Below are positions 1 through 13,141 of a stretch of 64,000 nucleotides of DNA, piece by piece; the stretch's first letter is position 1, and every line of letters begins with the position of its first letter. A program made the position numbers and the translations under genes. The DNA is from Phoronis australis (taxonomy: Eukaryota; Animalia; Phoronida): assembly GCA_002633005.1 (NCBI GenBank), contig NMRA01000845.1, positions 58,636 through 122,635 of the forward strand. Reading direction: 5' to 3'. A model generated the notes under the pieces. It had not been told where the DNA came from, made no database searches, and was given only the letters and a program-made list of their open reading frames with translations.

Positions 1-276
1 GAAGCATGGCTGAACTTTACTCTTGTTCACTGTCAACCTCTTTTCCACAATTGCGCGGTGCTGTTCAAGTACTGCCAAATCCTGCATGGAGTCAGTGAAT
101 GGATGATATCCCTTCGATCGTCTGATAGATCGCACATTCAGGAAATCAAAGACATTGTTGACTTGCTTCAGGAAGTTCGCTGTGTTTGAAGCCGACTGCG
201 GGAGTTTCCCCAATGCCACCAAAGTAAACATTCCAGCATACACCGTGTGTGAGCAAACCTGAGCTGCAAAGCAGAC
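1..276 (-). pseudogene. P-element transposase exon (GTP-binding/insertion domain)
   Basis: After the acceptor ...gttgtag it reads VCFAAQVCSHTVYAGMFTLVALGKLPQSASNTANFLKQVNNVFDFLNVRS..., matching the P-transposase MxVxLAAQVxSxTV...T..F...N..FD..N motif. Joins in phase 0 to exon 966-1063. Confidence 0.85.
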
Positions 277-965
277 CTACAACATGAAGCATTTATTAAT
301 AACTTCATCAACGTTTTACTTAAAACTGGTTAATATTTTTAAAAGGATATTTTCTTTCTATTTTTTGTCTAAACTTGAAAATCCTGAAATAGCTTAATTG
401 ATATTAATACACAAGGCTCAAAACTTTCCTTCCATGATAGCAAGTGGTTACTAGCAATGAAGAGGCAAAACACCTGAGAAAGGTATGAAGCAGTCTAATT
501 TTGAAGGGATTGTCCAACCTTGTTAAAAGTGATGTTTTTGAATTTTTCTTTCCCAGTGCCTTCTAATGGTCTATTTGTGGTATAACATCGATTTCTGTTA
601 TGGTTTCGAAAGATTTCAGATGCACTAGTGTGTAGCTGAGCGAGTATTAGTTTATTTAGTATCTGTTTTTAAGTAAGACACAAATTTAAATCTGCAACAA
701 ATACACCTCCAAGTTCTGTCAAAAACTAATTGACATTGAAAATGCTTTCTGGGCAAGTTGGTATTCAATTTGAATGATTTAATAACCTAAATCATACGTT
801 AAATTTTGTTCACAGCAGGTGGGTTTATAATACTTTTAGCAATATGAATATAACAGTATCAGGTAACCAGCACTAGCTGAAATCTATAATCCTTCCCTAC
901 ATGTACACAAAACATAACTTAAGGAAACGATAAACAAAAATGACAATTATGAGAGAGAAACTCAC

Positions 966-1063
966 ACGCATTGGTGAAAATGGTGGTAGGAAAACGTGTT
1001 TATCAGTAAGCTTCGGTGCCAGTCGTACTTGTAGAATGCAACAACATCTTTCCAGGACGCAGT
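966..1063 (-). pseudogene. P-element transposase exon with frameshift
   Basis: ttttcag|TASWKDVVAFYKYD-(frameshift)-RLAPKLTDKHVFLPPFSPMR|gtgagt; contains the characteristic RLAPKLT..H..L..F..MR motif; 98 nt long. Confidence 0.8.
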
Positions 1064-1686
1064 CTGAAAATCAGAGTCCTATAAAAACTAATGATTGTTA
1101 CGCATGCTTACAAAAATCATTTGGTGGATATTAACAACAACCTCTGGATGGAGAATTATTTTAAAATAGTTAATCTTTTCAGTCTGTCAGAAAACAAAAC
1201 GCACAAGTATCCTTTGCTGAATTAGCCATTCCTGGTTGCAGTAGAATTTTTGTTGAATTGTACATCAAATGCAACCATTTGCTTATGTCTATTTTCTGCT
1301 TTAAGGCACACTTTGACCTTGTTAGAAGCTTTTAATCAAGCATGTCCAACATCGTACTGCCTCCAACTCACCTTTGCAATCATATGCAAATGACGCAATA
1401 GTGCATGGTGGTTGAGAAGCTGGTGAGTCGAAAGAATCCAACAGAACAATGAACCTCAACAAGAACCAAGAGCAACCTGAAATCAACAAACAAAAGAATA
1501 ACAAACAAAACAAACCTAAAATAAATAAATACAGAGACTTTCTTTAGAGGCATATTGAGTCCTGCTTTGAGTTACATAAAACATTAAACTTACAGGTAAG
1601 TCAAGTTCAAATCACTCTGCAAACATCACTGGTTGACTAGCAGCATATCCACAAAAAGAATTTTTTGTATCACTCGTCTATCTCAC

Positions 1687-1808
1687 CTGTCTTTATCAGT
1701 AGGGAAGCGAAAGAAGTGCAAGTCGCGATTTTTCACCTGACTGTTGCTGCAGCCATAAGCAGCGCAAAAAGCTCCTCTGCTCCTCTTTTTAGGGACTACA
1801 GTCGTCAT
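1687..1808 (-). pseudogene. THAP zinc-finger first exon of the P-like transposase
   Basis: MTTVVPKKRSRGAFCAAYGCSNSQVKNRDLHFFRFPTDKDR followed by donor gtgaga; CxxxxC...FFRFP THAP signature. Confidence 0.85.
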
Positions 1809-4519
1809 GTCTTGTTCTACAGTTGCTTGATGCACCACTACCCTAAGATGGGAATTTTTACGAACTACATGATCAGATGAAATATTTTGTCTCTGCGCCC
1901 ACTGACCACGAGGATCTGCCATATTGGTTTTTTCGCACACACCGCCGCTAGACGTCTCTACGGTCACTGAAACAACAATGGGCGCCCGTGGCCGTCCAAT
2001 AGGATTTCGCTAGGTGAAACGTCTCCCTCTCTAAGGTCTCTGACTATACATGTACTCTGGTTTGCGTTTGAGTAGGAACTACGTGTAATTTGCTTATTCA
2101 TAACTTGCGTTTTGGAGTATAAAATAACTCAAATTATGGAGCCTCTCAACTGCTAATACATATAGATCTATTCCATGTCTTGAAATCCAGATCAAAGAAA
2201 ATAACTTAATTACAAAACCTAGACGAGAATGAATAATTTATTCCAAGACAAGCACATGCACTCTAAACGATGGGCACAGACCTTACAACAACTTTGGAAC
2301 CTTATTCTCGTGCAGAAGCAGAATTCACGAGATTCCTGTACACTGCATCTCATTCTTGTTGTCACAGAAGGGCGCAGGGTGAAAATTGTGGCCATGTTTG
2401 GTAGCTTCAATTTGGAGAACCCCTGATCTGCTCGTATCTTGGAGCCTCCAGATACCTTGTTCGCCATTGGTGTGATTACTTTTATTTGCAGACAGTTAGC
2501 GACTATCTAGATGCAACGTATTACTCTTCGTAGTTCCTTCTTAGTGTTCGTTATTCATAATTATCCCATCACTTTGACGGTTACTTTAAACTTCGTGTTC
2601 TAGACACTGCTGTCTTTTCATCCGTGATTATTGCAGACCCATCAAACGTGTTGCAGTTAATTTTTACAAGTACTTCTTGCTCTTTCATTTTGTACCTGCC
2701 GCATGTAGTTCTTACCAACTGAAGTTCCATCCTATGTAACGCAATTAACTCTTACATATTGAAAGGCTGTCACACGTGTAGCAAATAAATCTTAATTGCT
2801 TCTTTCTCACCTCCTGCCATACAAGTACGTACTCTATTCACTGTTTATGGTTCAAAAGTTTTGCAATTTTTTTTTCTCTCATTTCAAACATGCTGAAAGT
2901 TAATTATTTCTTGCTGCAGCTCATTTTTCGTCGTTTTTTGTAACAGTTCATTCATTCCCCATGTAGATCTTCATATTCAATACCCTGCTAACCACTGTTG
3001 CTTACCTGCAGTGTATTCTTACATAGTGAAATCCATTTCTGTGTGTTACAGTTCGTTCATAAGTCTATATGTGATTCCTGCAGTGCTGTCAAATAGGGAT
3101 GTGACGTCATCTTTGTGACGTAATCTTTGTAGATTTAGAAGGCTTCAAAACTTTATTTAATAGCTTTCTTGTACTTCGAACACACTTAAACATCGTCATA
3201 GAAATTTTCCCTGCTGAATATAATACAAAAACACCTATATGTAAGAAAACAAACAGGAAAGCAGGGTATATATGAACATGACTTGAATATCAACTACATC
3301 TAGTGGGAAACAAACGAACTAGTGGGCAGCGAGTAACTAAAAGCTAAAACATGGTACTTACGAAAGTATTTCAGCATCAGAACACCACCAGGACACCACA
3401 CACAAACTCCATTCAACCATTTTGGAAACAGAATGCCAAAAGGAGGCACCACAAGTCTGTCTTAAGTCAGTTAAGGGAATTTACACCATACTAGTCTAGA
3501 AAATACCGCCTTCTTGGTTCTAGCCCTATCCATTCTCTATGAGAAATTACAGTTGGCCAAAACTTGTAAATCTGAAATTAACAGTTAATATTCTGTTTTA
3601 GACTTTTCTTTATTAAGCTTCTATGCATTGTTCACACTTCCTTTGACGTGACCTTCGGATTTTAAAAAGTTTGATGTGTTGAACTTTTTCGGTTTCAACA
3701 AAAATATTAGTGCAACGGAATAAGCCAAATTGAAAAAACTCACTATGCGTGTGACGTAATCCCTTTCCAACCGTATATTACATTCTTATTTACTTCAAAT
3801 CATTTCCACCTGACGCTGCTCATTTATTTTTCCTACAGTTGCATTTCTTACACGTTTGTAGCACTTCCGGGTTTTTATCATAATTCATAGTAAATTCGAC
3901 CCACAATCTTTAATGAGTTCAGTTTTATAAATTCCAAAGTTTAGCCCTACTCACCGCTGCGCATGCTGTCATTGGTGACAGTTACACGTGATACCGAGAA
4001 TTCCCGCAAATAGACCCATGGGCGGATATTCAGAAAACATTTCAACAACACCAATGAAACCAAATACACGCATGGTGTATTTGTGGACAGGGATGGCATA
4101 TTTTCGAAAATTGTTTGCAATAAACACATGTTACTGTATGTAATTGTATCACACTACTGAGAATTTTATTCGTTCATACTATGCTTAGTATTTCGTTCCC
4201 AGTAAACACCGTGCTCTAAAATTGTACTTCACACTGTGCTAATACAATTAGCTACAAACAGGCACCCATTATCTTGAAAAAAGATTACCTACATTAATGT
4301 CATGCTAGATTGAGGCCAGAAAACACGTAACCATGTACCAGGACTGCGTGCAGTAAATGTAAGACACTTGCGGACCAATTGCAGCGATGAATGGTTTTGC
4401 CTTAAAGAGAAAAGGCCAAATTTTTACTCCCATAATTCAACGTTCCAGTCTCGGCAATCATTTCAGCTGCAGATTTTGAACTAATTCGCCAAGAAGGCAA
4501 TGTCAAGGTACCTAAACTG

Positions 4520-4712
4520 CACGGTCAACGGACTAATCAACTCGGGCACGGACGCATGAACACGACTCACGGACCTTCAAACACCGTCCACTGACTCACA
4601 AACACGGGAACGGACTCACAAAACACGATCCACGCACCCAAATACACGGGACATGGACTCATATTCACGAGGAACCACGATTAACGGACCGCCAAACACT
4701 GGTCACGGACTC
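4520..4712 (+). repeat. Degenerate short tandem repeat (cacggactcac(a)aaacac-like); second copy at ~5776-5970
   Basis: Recurring cacgg/actcac/aaacac motifs at ~15-20 bp spacing. Confidence 0.65.
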
Positions 4713-4715
4713 ATC

Positions 4716-4922
4716 GGCTTCCTGGGTCAGCTGATACATGTATCTTCATTTTGTCCGTTTGTTTACGCTAATTAAATGGTCAAAAACACAAAATTCACCT
4801 TGGGAAAAGGGCTAGTTGAATTTGCTATAACTTGATTGTGTTAAAAAATCTGTTTTCCAGCTTTTACTAAAAATGCTTCTAAATCTTATACAGGGCTCTT
4901 TTCTTGAAATGCGTCTAGTCTA
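4716..4922. mobile_element. Academ-family terminal fragment (also ~5974-6180)
   Basis: Ends ...cttgaaatgcgtctagtcta; about 200 bp resembles the terminal repeats of the Academ element at 34612-38109. Confidence 0.65.
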
Positions 4923-7091
4923 GTTGATTTCGTCCAGTGAACATAACAGATTTTTCTCGGCGATCTCTTAAACTCACGACCATTTTTTCACCTGAATNCT
5001 ATGCGTGTGACGTAATCCCTTTCCAACCGTATATTAAATTGTTATTTACTGCAAATCATTTCCACCTGACGCTGCCCATTTATTTTTCCTACAGTTGCAT
5101 TTCTTTCACGTTTGTAGCACTTCCGGGTTTTTATCTCAATTCATAGTAAATTCGACCCACAATCTTTAATGAGTTCAATTTTATAAATTCCAAAGTTTAG
5201 CCCTACTCACCGCTGCGCATGCTGTCATTGGTGACAGTTACACGTGGTACCGAGAATTCCCGCAAATAGACCCATGGGCGGATATTCAGAAAACATTTCA
5301 ACAACACCAATGAAACCAAATACACGCATGGTGTATTTGTGGACAGGGATGGCATATTTTCGAAAATTGTTTGCAATAAACACATGTTACTGTATGAAAT
5401 TGTATCACACTACTGAGAATTTTATTCGTTCATACTGTGCTTAGTATTTCGTTCCCAGTAAACACCGTGCTCTAAAATTGTACTTCACACTGTGCTAATA
5501 CAATTAGCTACAAACAGGCACCCATTATCTTGAAAAAAGATTACCTACATTAATGTCATGCTAGAGTTAGGCCAGAAAACACGTAACCATGTACCAGGAC
5601 TGCGTGCAGTAAATGCAAGACACTTGCGGACCAATTGCAGCGATGAATGGTTTTGACTTAAAGAGAAAAGGCGTAATTTTTTCTCCCATAATTCAACGTT
5701 CCAGTCTCGGCAATCGTTTCAGCGGCAGATTTTGAACAAACTCGCCAAGAAGGCAATGTCAAGGTACCTAAACTACATGGTCAACGGACTAATAAACTCG
5801 GGCACGGACGCATGAACACGACTCACGGACCATCAAACACCGTCCACTGACTCACAAACACGGAAACGGACTCACAAAACACGATCCACGCACCCAAATA
5901 CACGGGACATGGACTCATATTCACGAGGAACCACGGTTAACGGACCGCCAAACACTGGTCACGGACTCATCGGCTTCCTGGGTCAGCTGATACATGTATC
6001 TTCATTTTGTCCGTTTGTTTACGCTAATTAAATGGTCAAAAACGCAAAATTCACCTTGGGAAAAGGGCTAGTTGAATTTGCCATAACTTGATTGTGTTAA
6101 AAAATCTGTTTTCCAGCTTTTACTAAAAAATGCTTCTAAAACCTTATACAGGGCTCTTTTCTTGAAATGCGTCTAGTCTAGTTGATTTCGTCCAGCGAAC
6201 AATAACATATTTTTCTCGGCGATCTCTTAAACTCACGACCATTTTTTCACCTGAATCAGATAAGAACAGTGGGTTTTGTTACGTCAACATTTTCAAACCT
6301 ACAAATTTCAAATGACACGTGGGGTGAATCGTTTGAAAAACTTGACGTTGGGTAACAAATTTCTCATAAAATGCATACGGGTTTTGACGATAATGTCACT
6401 TTTCCTAGAGATGAATAACCAAAGCAAGTATACATACAAAGATCATTTTGAAATAAATTATGACTGTGGTCGCCTTTTGTGATTGAAACATTCGTTCATG
6501 AACTTCTTGTTGCTCAATATGTATCATTTGAGTTTAAAAATTAAGATCTGTATCTAAACACAACAAAGTATAGCATGTGATAATCTGAGTCGGCCTTTTT
6601 AAAATCCAAGAGGGCTGGTAATTACCCTTATGATATTGATGGGTGCATGTACCCAGATTGACTAGTACACTTGATTTTATCAGTCAATGAAAAATTTTGC
6701 TCCTTAGCCACTCCACTATAGTCATTTGCTTGCACGGCTACGGCGCCAAATTGTAATAAAAGGTGCGACAAGTTCTCCCATTACTTGCATCAGGGGAGTA
6801 CATGTTACTCGAGAGCGACAATTTATCACAGCACGACTGTTTTATGGTTTGCATTTGGGTGATAACGTTGCGACGGGATATAGCGAGGTACATGTACAAA
6901 GGTATTGAGGACACAGGAGTGTTAACTGCAAACGTGCCCATCACTGTAACCGATAAGCCTACCTGTTATCGTTGGTTACAAACTTAGGTACATGTATATT
7001 GACAGACTCGCTCGATAGCACCGCTGAGAAGGAAGTGAAGCTACACGAAAGTTAAAACTGATTGAGCTGAGTGAATTCACTCCGTTGCAGA

Positions 7092-7152
7092 ATGAGACCT
7101 TGGCTCCTTTACTATTTCCTTTTCGTTGCAACAACGTCGTTGATTGTGAAAG
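7092..7152 (+). CDS. Ly6/uPAR three-finger GPI-anchored protein, coding exon 1 (signal peptide)
   Basis: Acceptor ttgcag just upstream; ATG at 7092; MRPWLLYYFLFVATTSLIVK; phase-1 donor g|gtaatc. Confidence 0.75.
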
Positions 7153-8529
7153 GTAATCCAATTTTATATAACATACATGTAGTATATTATAGAATATTTT
7201 TTGAGCCAAACCATTTTATGTTCCAATTTTCAATAACTGTCAACCGTATCAATGTCCCTGCACTATAGTCAAACTAAATGACTTAAGTGTTTATCACAAG
7301 CTGTGCATGTCTGCATAGAAGTGCGTTTTATCAATCGTTACACTTTTGTCACAAAGCTATGATCCCATAACAAGACATACAGCTATCTCACCCTGAATGA
7401 GGTAAAGAAGTTTTTCTAAAACCTGTCTTCTGTCATGAATATACCTGTAGTCATTTTCTTGTGAGAATTTCCGCGAGTCTTCACCAAGAAAGATCCTTCT
7501 TGGCATGTAAAGTTTGTCGGGAATATGTCAATATTTTGTCAAATTTTGTTCTGAACCTGTTTTTAACTTATTAGCGGTTATTAAAAACTGTCTCAAAATA
7601 AATGTAACGATGTGTAACTCTCGTAAACCTCTTAAACTTTGGAACAAGTTTGACATCAATTTACTAAAGGTGCTGAGCCAGCAAATGTGACTTTAGGCGA
7701 GGACACAATAATTACGTGAAAACACACTCCCAAAAACTTCATGATTCCTTTGATGACAACTTGAGTAAGCGTTTTTGTTAAATCCTGTTTTCATCATTTG
7801 GGTAACATGAGAATGATTCATCAGCAGTCGTCAGTGCGATGATCGGTCGAAATCTTCAAAACAGGGTTTAATGTCTTTTAAAAAACAGTTTTAGATTGCA
7901 GGTGACGCTTTTGTTTCATACCAGGCACTGCTTAGCCAATCATGTATCCTAGCCTGACCAACGATTGTTGTCGTATGGGCAGTAATGTTTGGTGATTTGA
8001 TGTCGACATCTGGCCTACGCTTCAGATATCTCTGATAATCGCGCAAATGTCTTTGATATGAGAATTTTCTCCCGCAAACTCATCGGATCGGCGTTGAGTG
8101 GGAAATTTCTGCAACTGAGTCATATAGTACCTGTCAAGAGAAGTAAAGCCAACGAAATGAAACCCTTCTTTAAAGTGGCTTAGAACGTGAGAAAACAGCC
8201 TGACTAAACTGCCTCATTTGCAGAAGCAGAAGTCAAGCTGTTCACCCGGCGTTTTACGGCTTGTTTGTGAAGATTTTGAGTTTCCTATGATATCAGAGCA
8301 TTTTGATTTGCTTTCCAATTTGCATAGGCAACGCACGTTTATTTGGTATGGCAAGACATCGACACTATAGAACACTTCCTTGTATGGAAATATGAACATT
8401 ATGGAAGTTTTTAGCAGCAGCCATTCCTACTTTTTAGCGTGTGCTCGCATATACATTATTAGGGGCGGGGAATTTAAAAACTGCCACAGTCCGTCTTGGG
8501 GACCTTTGCCAACATGACCCTAGGTTTAA

Positions 8530-10203
8530 AGGAGCATGCCACCCAAAAAACAACCTAATTTGTATCAATTTAGATCGAGTAGTTCTACTCCATAACGACA
8601 CGTACGGTGCGTTACCTGACACCTGACGGCAGACGGAGGTGTTGAAATTATCCAATGACGTCATCGGTTTCACACGCAGTCTGTTCAGCAGTTCACAACA
8701 CGTGTTACTGGTGTCAGCTTATCGCTTGAAGTCATTGTAAATAAATCACCAAACTTCGATGTAAAACCCTTAAAAATACACCGAGTTCTTATAAAAACGT
8801 GTTGTTTGATTTCGCTGTTACGGATTTATTGGTATTTGGACACACCGTAGCCTACAAAGTTCGGCAGGCCAATAAGGTCCGCAGCAGGAGTTTGGGGTCT
8901 GTTCGGAGATAATTTCGAGATATTTTCCGTGAGATACAGACCTGTGTTGTTTAGACTTGTGATTTTTTTAGTTCTAAACACAGAACGCTTGTTAGCCTGG
9001 CCAATGGCTCGTAGCACGATCAGGACCGTCGCGGCCGGCCGGATTGACTCGTTATCCCCGCCAGTGGCTCTGAAACTGATCAGACATCACGAACATAAAC
9101 CATCCGAAGTTCAGTGGAAACTAAACTTCCAGTGGAGAAAATACTATACTAGCGAGCCAAAGTAATGTGCACCTGATTATGTTGGTGAATTAGCCACGAA
9201 ACTGCAAATCTACTTACTCGTCGGGGGCCGCGAACTCAGGTTCCGCTTTGGCCACAGCACCGTCAGGGCAGAAGTTGTACATCGACAATCATTATTTGAG
9301 TAATGTAAATGTAAATAAAGATTCCCCTATCACATGGCCGTGGGATGGAAATCGAGTTGTTTTACAACACTTTCTGCCAGCAAACAGTAAATTAGGATGA
9401 GCTCACACGGCCTACATGTAGGTGTCCCGTCATTTAGTTTTATTGCACCTAAAGCCGGTAACGCAGTGAATTATTCATTATTGACTTCTCAAATCATTTG
9501 CACTCACGAACACTTCAAAGGCATTACAGATTGCATCTAACGAGACAGACTTTGTTTCAGTTTTATATAGCTATTGGTTAGGGTGAGAATAATTCATTTT
9601 GAAACAGAACGCTCAGTAATAAACGCCAACATGGCAACACGCAATCCCGACTTAGTCGACGAGCTATAGCTCATTAGTCCCGACTTCGCAGGTGCATCGT
9701 TAAGTTTTACAGGCTATCAATTCGAACAGGAATACAGTGATGAAGAAATACTAGAGAAGCGCCGTGGACAAGCTCAGACAACGGAACGTATGGAGTTATT
9801 TGGTAAGCCGACATTCGTCAGGCACTGTAGACGTCTGCAGGCCACAGACACGGAGATGTTTCACGGCCTCATACATGTACTTGCAATTTACAGCGTACAT
9901 GTACATTTCATTCTTCACTACCGTGAGCCACTTTCTAAGCATTTCGGACTCTCGAGGAACTAAAAAACGATATACCCGCTTTCCTCGCAGCTGCTTATTT
10001 CGGACAAGCGGGAGCGATGCACCGCAACAAGGCGGCATTCACTCTCCATATAAACCACGGACGTCGCTAGCGTCGTTTCTCACCTTCCTCACACGTTAAC
10101 GCGACACCTCTTGGCAAGGTAAGGTCGACCGTATGCGAGGCGATGTGGATATAGACCGATTAAGACGGCTAAAAAGACTAATTAAATCGGGTGGCTTTCT
10201 CCT
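8530..10203 (-). mobile_element. Non-autonomous Kolobok-like DNA transposon with degenerate THAP, in intron 1 of the Ly6 gene
   Basis: TTAA at 8526-8529 and 10204-10207; TIRs AGGAGCATGCCACCC / GGGTGGCTTTCTCCT; decayed THAP from 10038 (MPPCC...VPRESEMLRKWL...HLRVCG). Confidence 0.8.
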
Positions 10204-10344
10204 TTAAATGTAGCCAACTAGTTACAAAACTATAACGATTAGTTATGTAAGAGTCGATATTTTCCGAAAGTAGAAATCTTGTTTGAAATGACCAAAATTA
10301 ACTTTACTTTTTTAGCCTCATAAGGATCACTTGTCTGTTCTTAG

Positions 10345-10497
10345 AATGCAGCGCCATCTTGTGTTACTCCTGCTCATATACCCGGTCCGCTGACCCATCA
10401 CTTACGTACGAGTGTGTCGACCAACCTCAAAACGTCACAACTGGCTCGCCAACAATCGACTGTCCAACATTCTGCAACACACAAAGACGTTACCAAG
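10345..10497 (+). CDS. Ly6/uPAR three-finger protein, coding exon 2
   Basis: ttcttag|(E)CSAILCYSCSYTRSADPSLTYECVDQPQNVTTGSPTIDCPTFCNTQRRYQ|gtaaaa; 153 nt, phase 1-1; LCYSC is the N-terminal LU-domain motif. Confidence 0.88.
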
Positions 10498-12103
10498 GTA
10501 AAATGTAATGTAACTCAGGCCCGTAGCCGGGGAGTTCGTAGGGTTCGGTCAAACATCCTCGGGTAAAAGGTCCAGTCTCAGAATATGCGTAGGGTATAGA
10601 TGCACAGCAGCAACAGCAAAACCAACTAATAGAACTGTTGCAACAAAAGTTTTTTTCTGCTATTTTGTTATACTTGCTAACATAGTAAGGTTCAGGCATT
10701 TCTCAAATTTCAAAAGTGAAAGTGATTGAAACTTTAAAGAATGTTCAGGTGCGTATTCTTATTCCTCACTCGCTAGATGCAAATGGGATTGTCCGTGACG
10801 TCATCCCCGGAGAAAGGATTAAGGCAATCCCCAAATACTTCACAAATTTTAGTAACTCAACCTTGTTGACATGGTAACCATCGTCCAGATGTCGATAACG
10901 CAGACAGATCGAACGTCGCAAAAAGCTTAGCTCTTATATAACATTAAGGTTATCTCAAATCTTATTTAGTGGCCTCCTTTCTATCTCGTATATCAAAAAC
11001 CAGGTTTCGTCAACTAGTGAAAGTATATATTTTCTGAAAGAAATAATGCCAGGGATTATAAAAATATGTTTTATTTTTATTTTTATTTGCCATTTTATTA
11101 TTACGTTAACACTTTTTAATTGATAAGTTCATTTTTAAGAATGGTACACTCGTAGCAAAATATCCCCTCGGTCGAATGTGAAAACTTGTTAAATGAAACT
11201 GTCACCAGGTACCTCAAAAGCACTGTTTGAAATTTGCTATTGGATTTTTAATTTGGTTTCAAAAACAAGTTAAGTCGCAAAACGTAAAGTATTTTTTTGT
11301 AAAAATAGCATTCGTATTCGTCTTTGTTGCTTTACGCAAAAACTAGGTCTTTATACCAAAATGTCTAATAGTGTTTTTGAGATTGACGAATAAATATTAA
11401 GTTTGTAATCACTTGCAATGTCAACTGAATTTTCATTGCGTAATTAACTTAATTGTCACTTAAACGTTTTAACTTTGTACAGTACGTGGGATTTCCTGTA
11501 CCTCGTGTTATCTAGGTCAGAAGGTGGAGTCAACAGTAAGTAGACCGACAGTTTATTGCATACACACCAAGCGCCGGGGAGAATGTCAAGAATCCAAGTG
11601 TAAAATGGACAATAGAAATCGAGTCGCGATCAAGGCGCGCCGTGAGCACAAGATCGAATCAGCGAAATGTCAAATTACTCAGAAAATCATGAATTTCGGG
11701 GGGATTTATCTTGTTTAACAACTTGCTGTGTTAGTGAAAACTAAGTCACAAAGGCGGCTCAGCGACTCGGACTCGGTGCATTCGTTCTCAACGGTCGTAT
11801 ACATACAGACGAGCAACCCCCTCAGGATAAAAAACTGCGTTTTATCTTCGTTTTCCGCGGCACTTTTCTATGCTATGTACACCTCGTTGACTCAACATTA
11901 TGGCGACTCGGTGAATCAAAAGACTGAGGGTACTTACCAAAGGGCTCTGTGCCTGGAGCAGAGAGATTCGATTTGAGTGACAACCCTCTAATTTATGACC
12001 TCGGATAGTAATCAACACATTTCCAAGGTGGTTCTGCTAAGTCTTTTTTCTCGCTACACTGTATATATATTTCGTATTTGAAGTTCCCGAGAATGAAGAT
12101 AAG

Positions 12104-12323
12104 GGGCCTGTTCTTAAGTTTAAGATTTGTCTTAAATTCCGAACTTTGAAACTTCCACCTTCTGTTAGTTAATGAAATTAAAGGCAAAACTTACGCCAAG
12201 CATTTAATTCAAACTTAAGATCTCTTTCTTGAATTGGTTTTGAGACAAATTTAACTTTTATTTTAAAATTTACTAAAATTTAGGATTTGTCTTAGCTAAG
12301 TCAGTTTTGTTGGAACGGGCCCA
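12104..12323. mobile_element. Harbinger-type MITE
   Basis: Termini gggcctgttc / gaacgggccc; internal taagatttgtcttaa palindromic repeats. Confidence 0.5.
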
Positions 12324-12887
12324 AGGTATTTTTCAAAACGTGTGCAATATTGAAAACTGCCAATGTTTATGAATAAGGTTTGAGAAATCCGTCAATACTT
12401 ATTAAAGATAGTCTTTCAAGTATAGGACTTCTCAAATCCTATTTTATTTTAATCAATGAAATATCACAATCTAAATGAGTGTTTTAACTGTCCATGATTA
12501 CATGTACCTCATCATACCTGATCATCGATGACTCAAATATCGAGGTCATCCCATAAAACATGTAACGATTGCTGTTATCACATTATAGCTTGACCGTCAC
12601 GTTTGGGAGAAATGTCCGTGTAAATTTTAATGTACATTTCACTGCATATAGGTGACGTTCTGGTTAAATTATATGTATTTTACTGTTCATACTCTGAAAG
12701 ACGAGACTCAATTTTTCTGCATGCGAGGGCTATCATAAACCTTCAATAATCTTATTAAAACAATGTTGAACGTTGATGATTCAGGTATCATGTTTCATCA
12801 TGCCTTATATGAATAATATGTGGAAAATTGTTTAGTAGCAATTATTTTGTCGCACCTGAACTGTCTTGTTAACATCTTCATTTTAAG

Positions 12888-13141
12888 TGGGTACCGGGTT
12901 GACGTCCTTTTCGAGATCATGTGCGGCTCCTTCTTCTGCAAAAATGGAAGAATGTAAAAGCGATGTTCACGGATCAACGTGTTTCACATCATGCGATTCA
13001 AGCGATCTCTGTAACGGTGGTACAGGTATTCCCCCAGGATACAACGAAAAAGGAGAGAAAGTTCCAGCAGACAACTCGATGAGAGTGAACTCTAAATTTC
13101 TGATCATATTAGTAGTAACTATAAGCCGTGGCGTTTTCTAA
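12888..13141 (+). CDS. Ly6/uPAR three-finger protein, coding exon 3 (C..DLCN and GPI signal)
   Basis: ttttaag|(V)GTGLTSFSRSCAAPSSAKMEECKSDVHGSTCFTSCDSSDLCNG...NSKFLIILVVTISRGVF*. Joined CDS is 468 nt (155 aa) with 10 Cys in the mature domain and a hydrophobic C-terminal tail. AATAAA near 13473. Confidence 0.88.

Larger units (their letters stand above)
1..2042 (-). mobile_element. P-element (THAP9-like) DNA transposon, internally deleted and degenerate, 5' part; runs off the window start
   Basis: Minus-strand THAP exon plus P-transposase exons (see the exon features). Putative 5' terminus reads CAGAGACCTTAGAGAGGGAGACG from 2042 downward. The other end is outside the window, so TIR/TSD cannot be confirmed. 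Confidence 0.8.
3743..6256. repeat. ~1.26 kb tandem duplication (3743-4997 / 4999-6256) joined by a single N; probable unmerged haplotypes
   Basis: Both copies start ctatgcgtgtgacgtaatccc and end cacctgaat, with N at 4998 and only scattered SNPs/indels. Confidence 0.92.

Noticed and set aside
4520-4712. Short spaced repeats suggestive of a CRISPR array
   Set aside because: Irregular degenerate minisatellite without unique spacers, eukaryotic context, no cas genes.
3947-5385. Duplicated 60-aa ORFs as paralogous genes
   Set aside because: They arise from the N-joined duplication and show no protein features.
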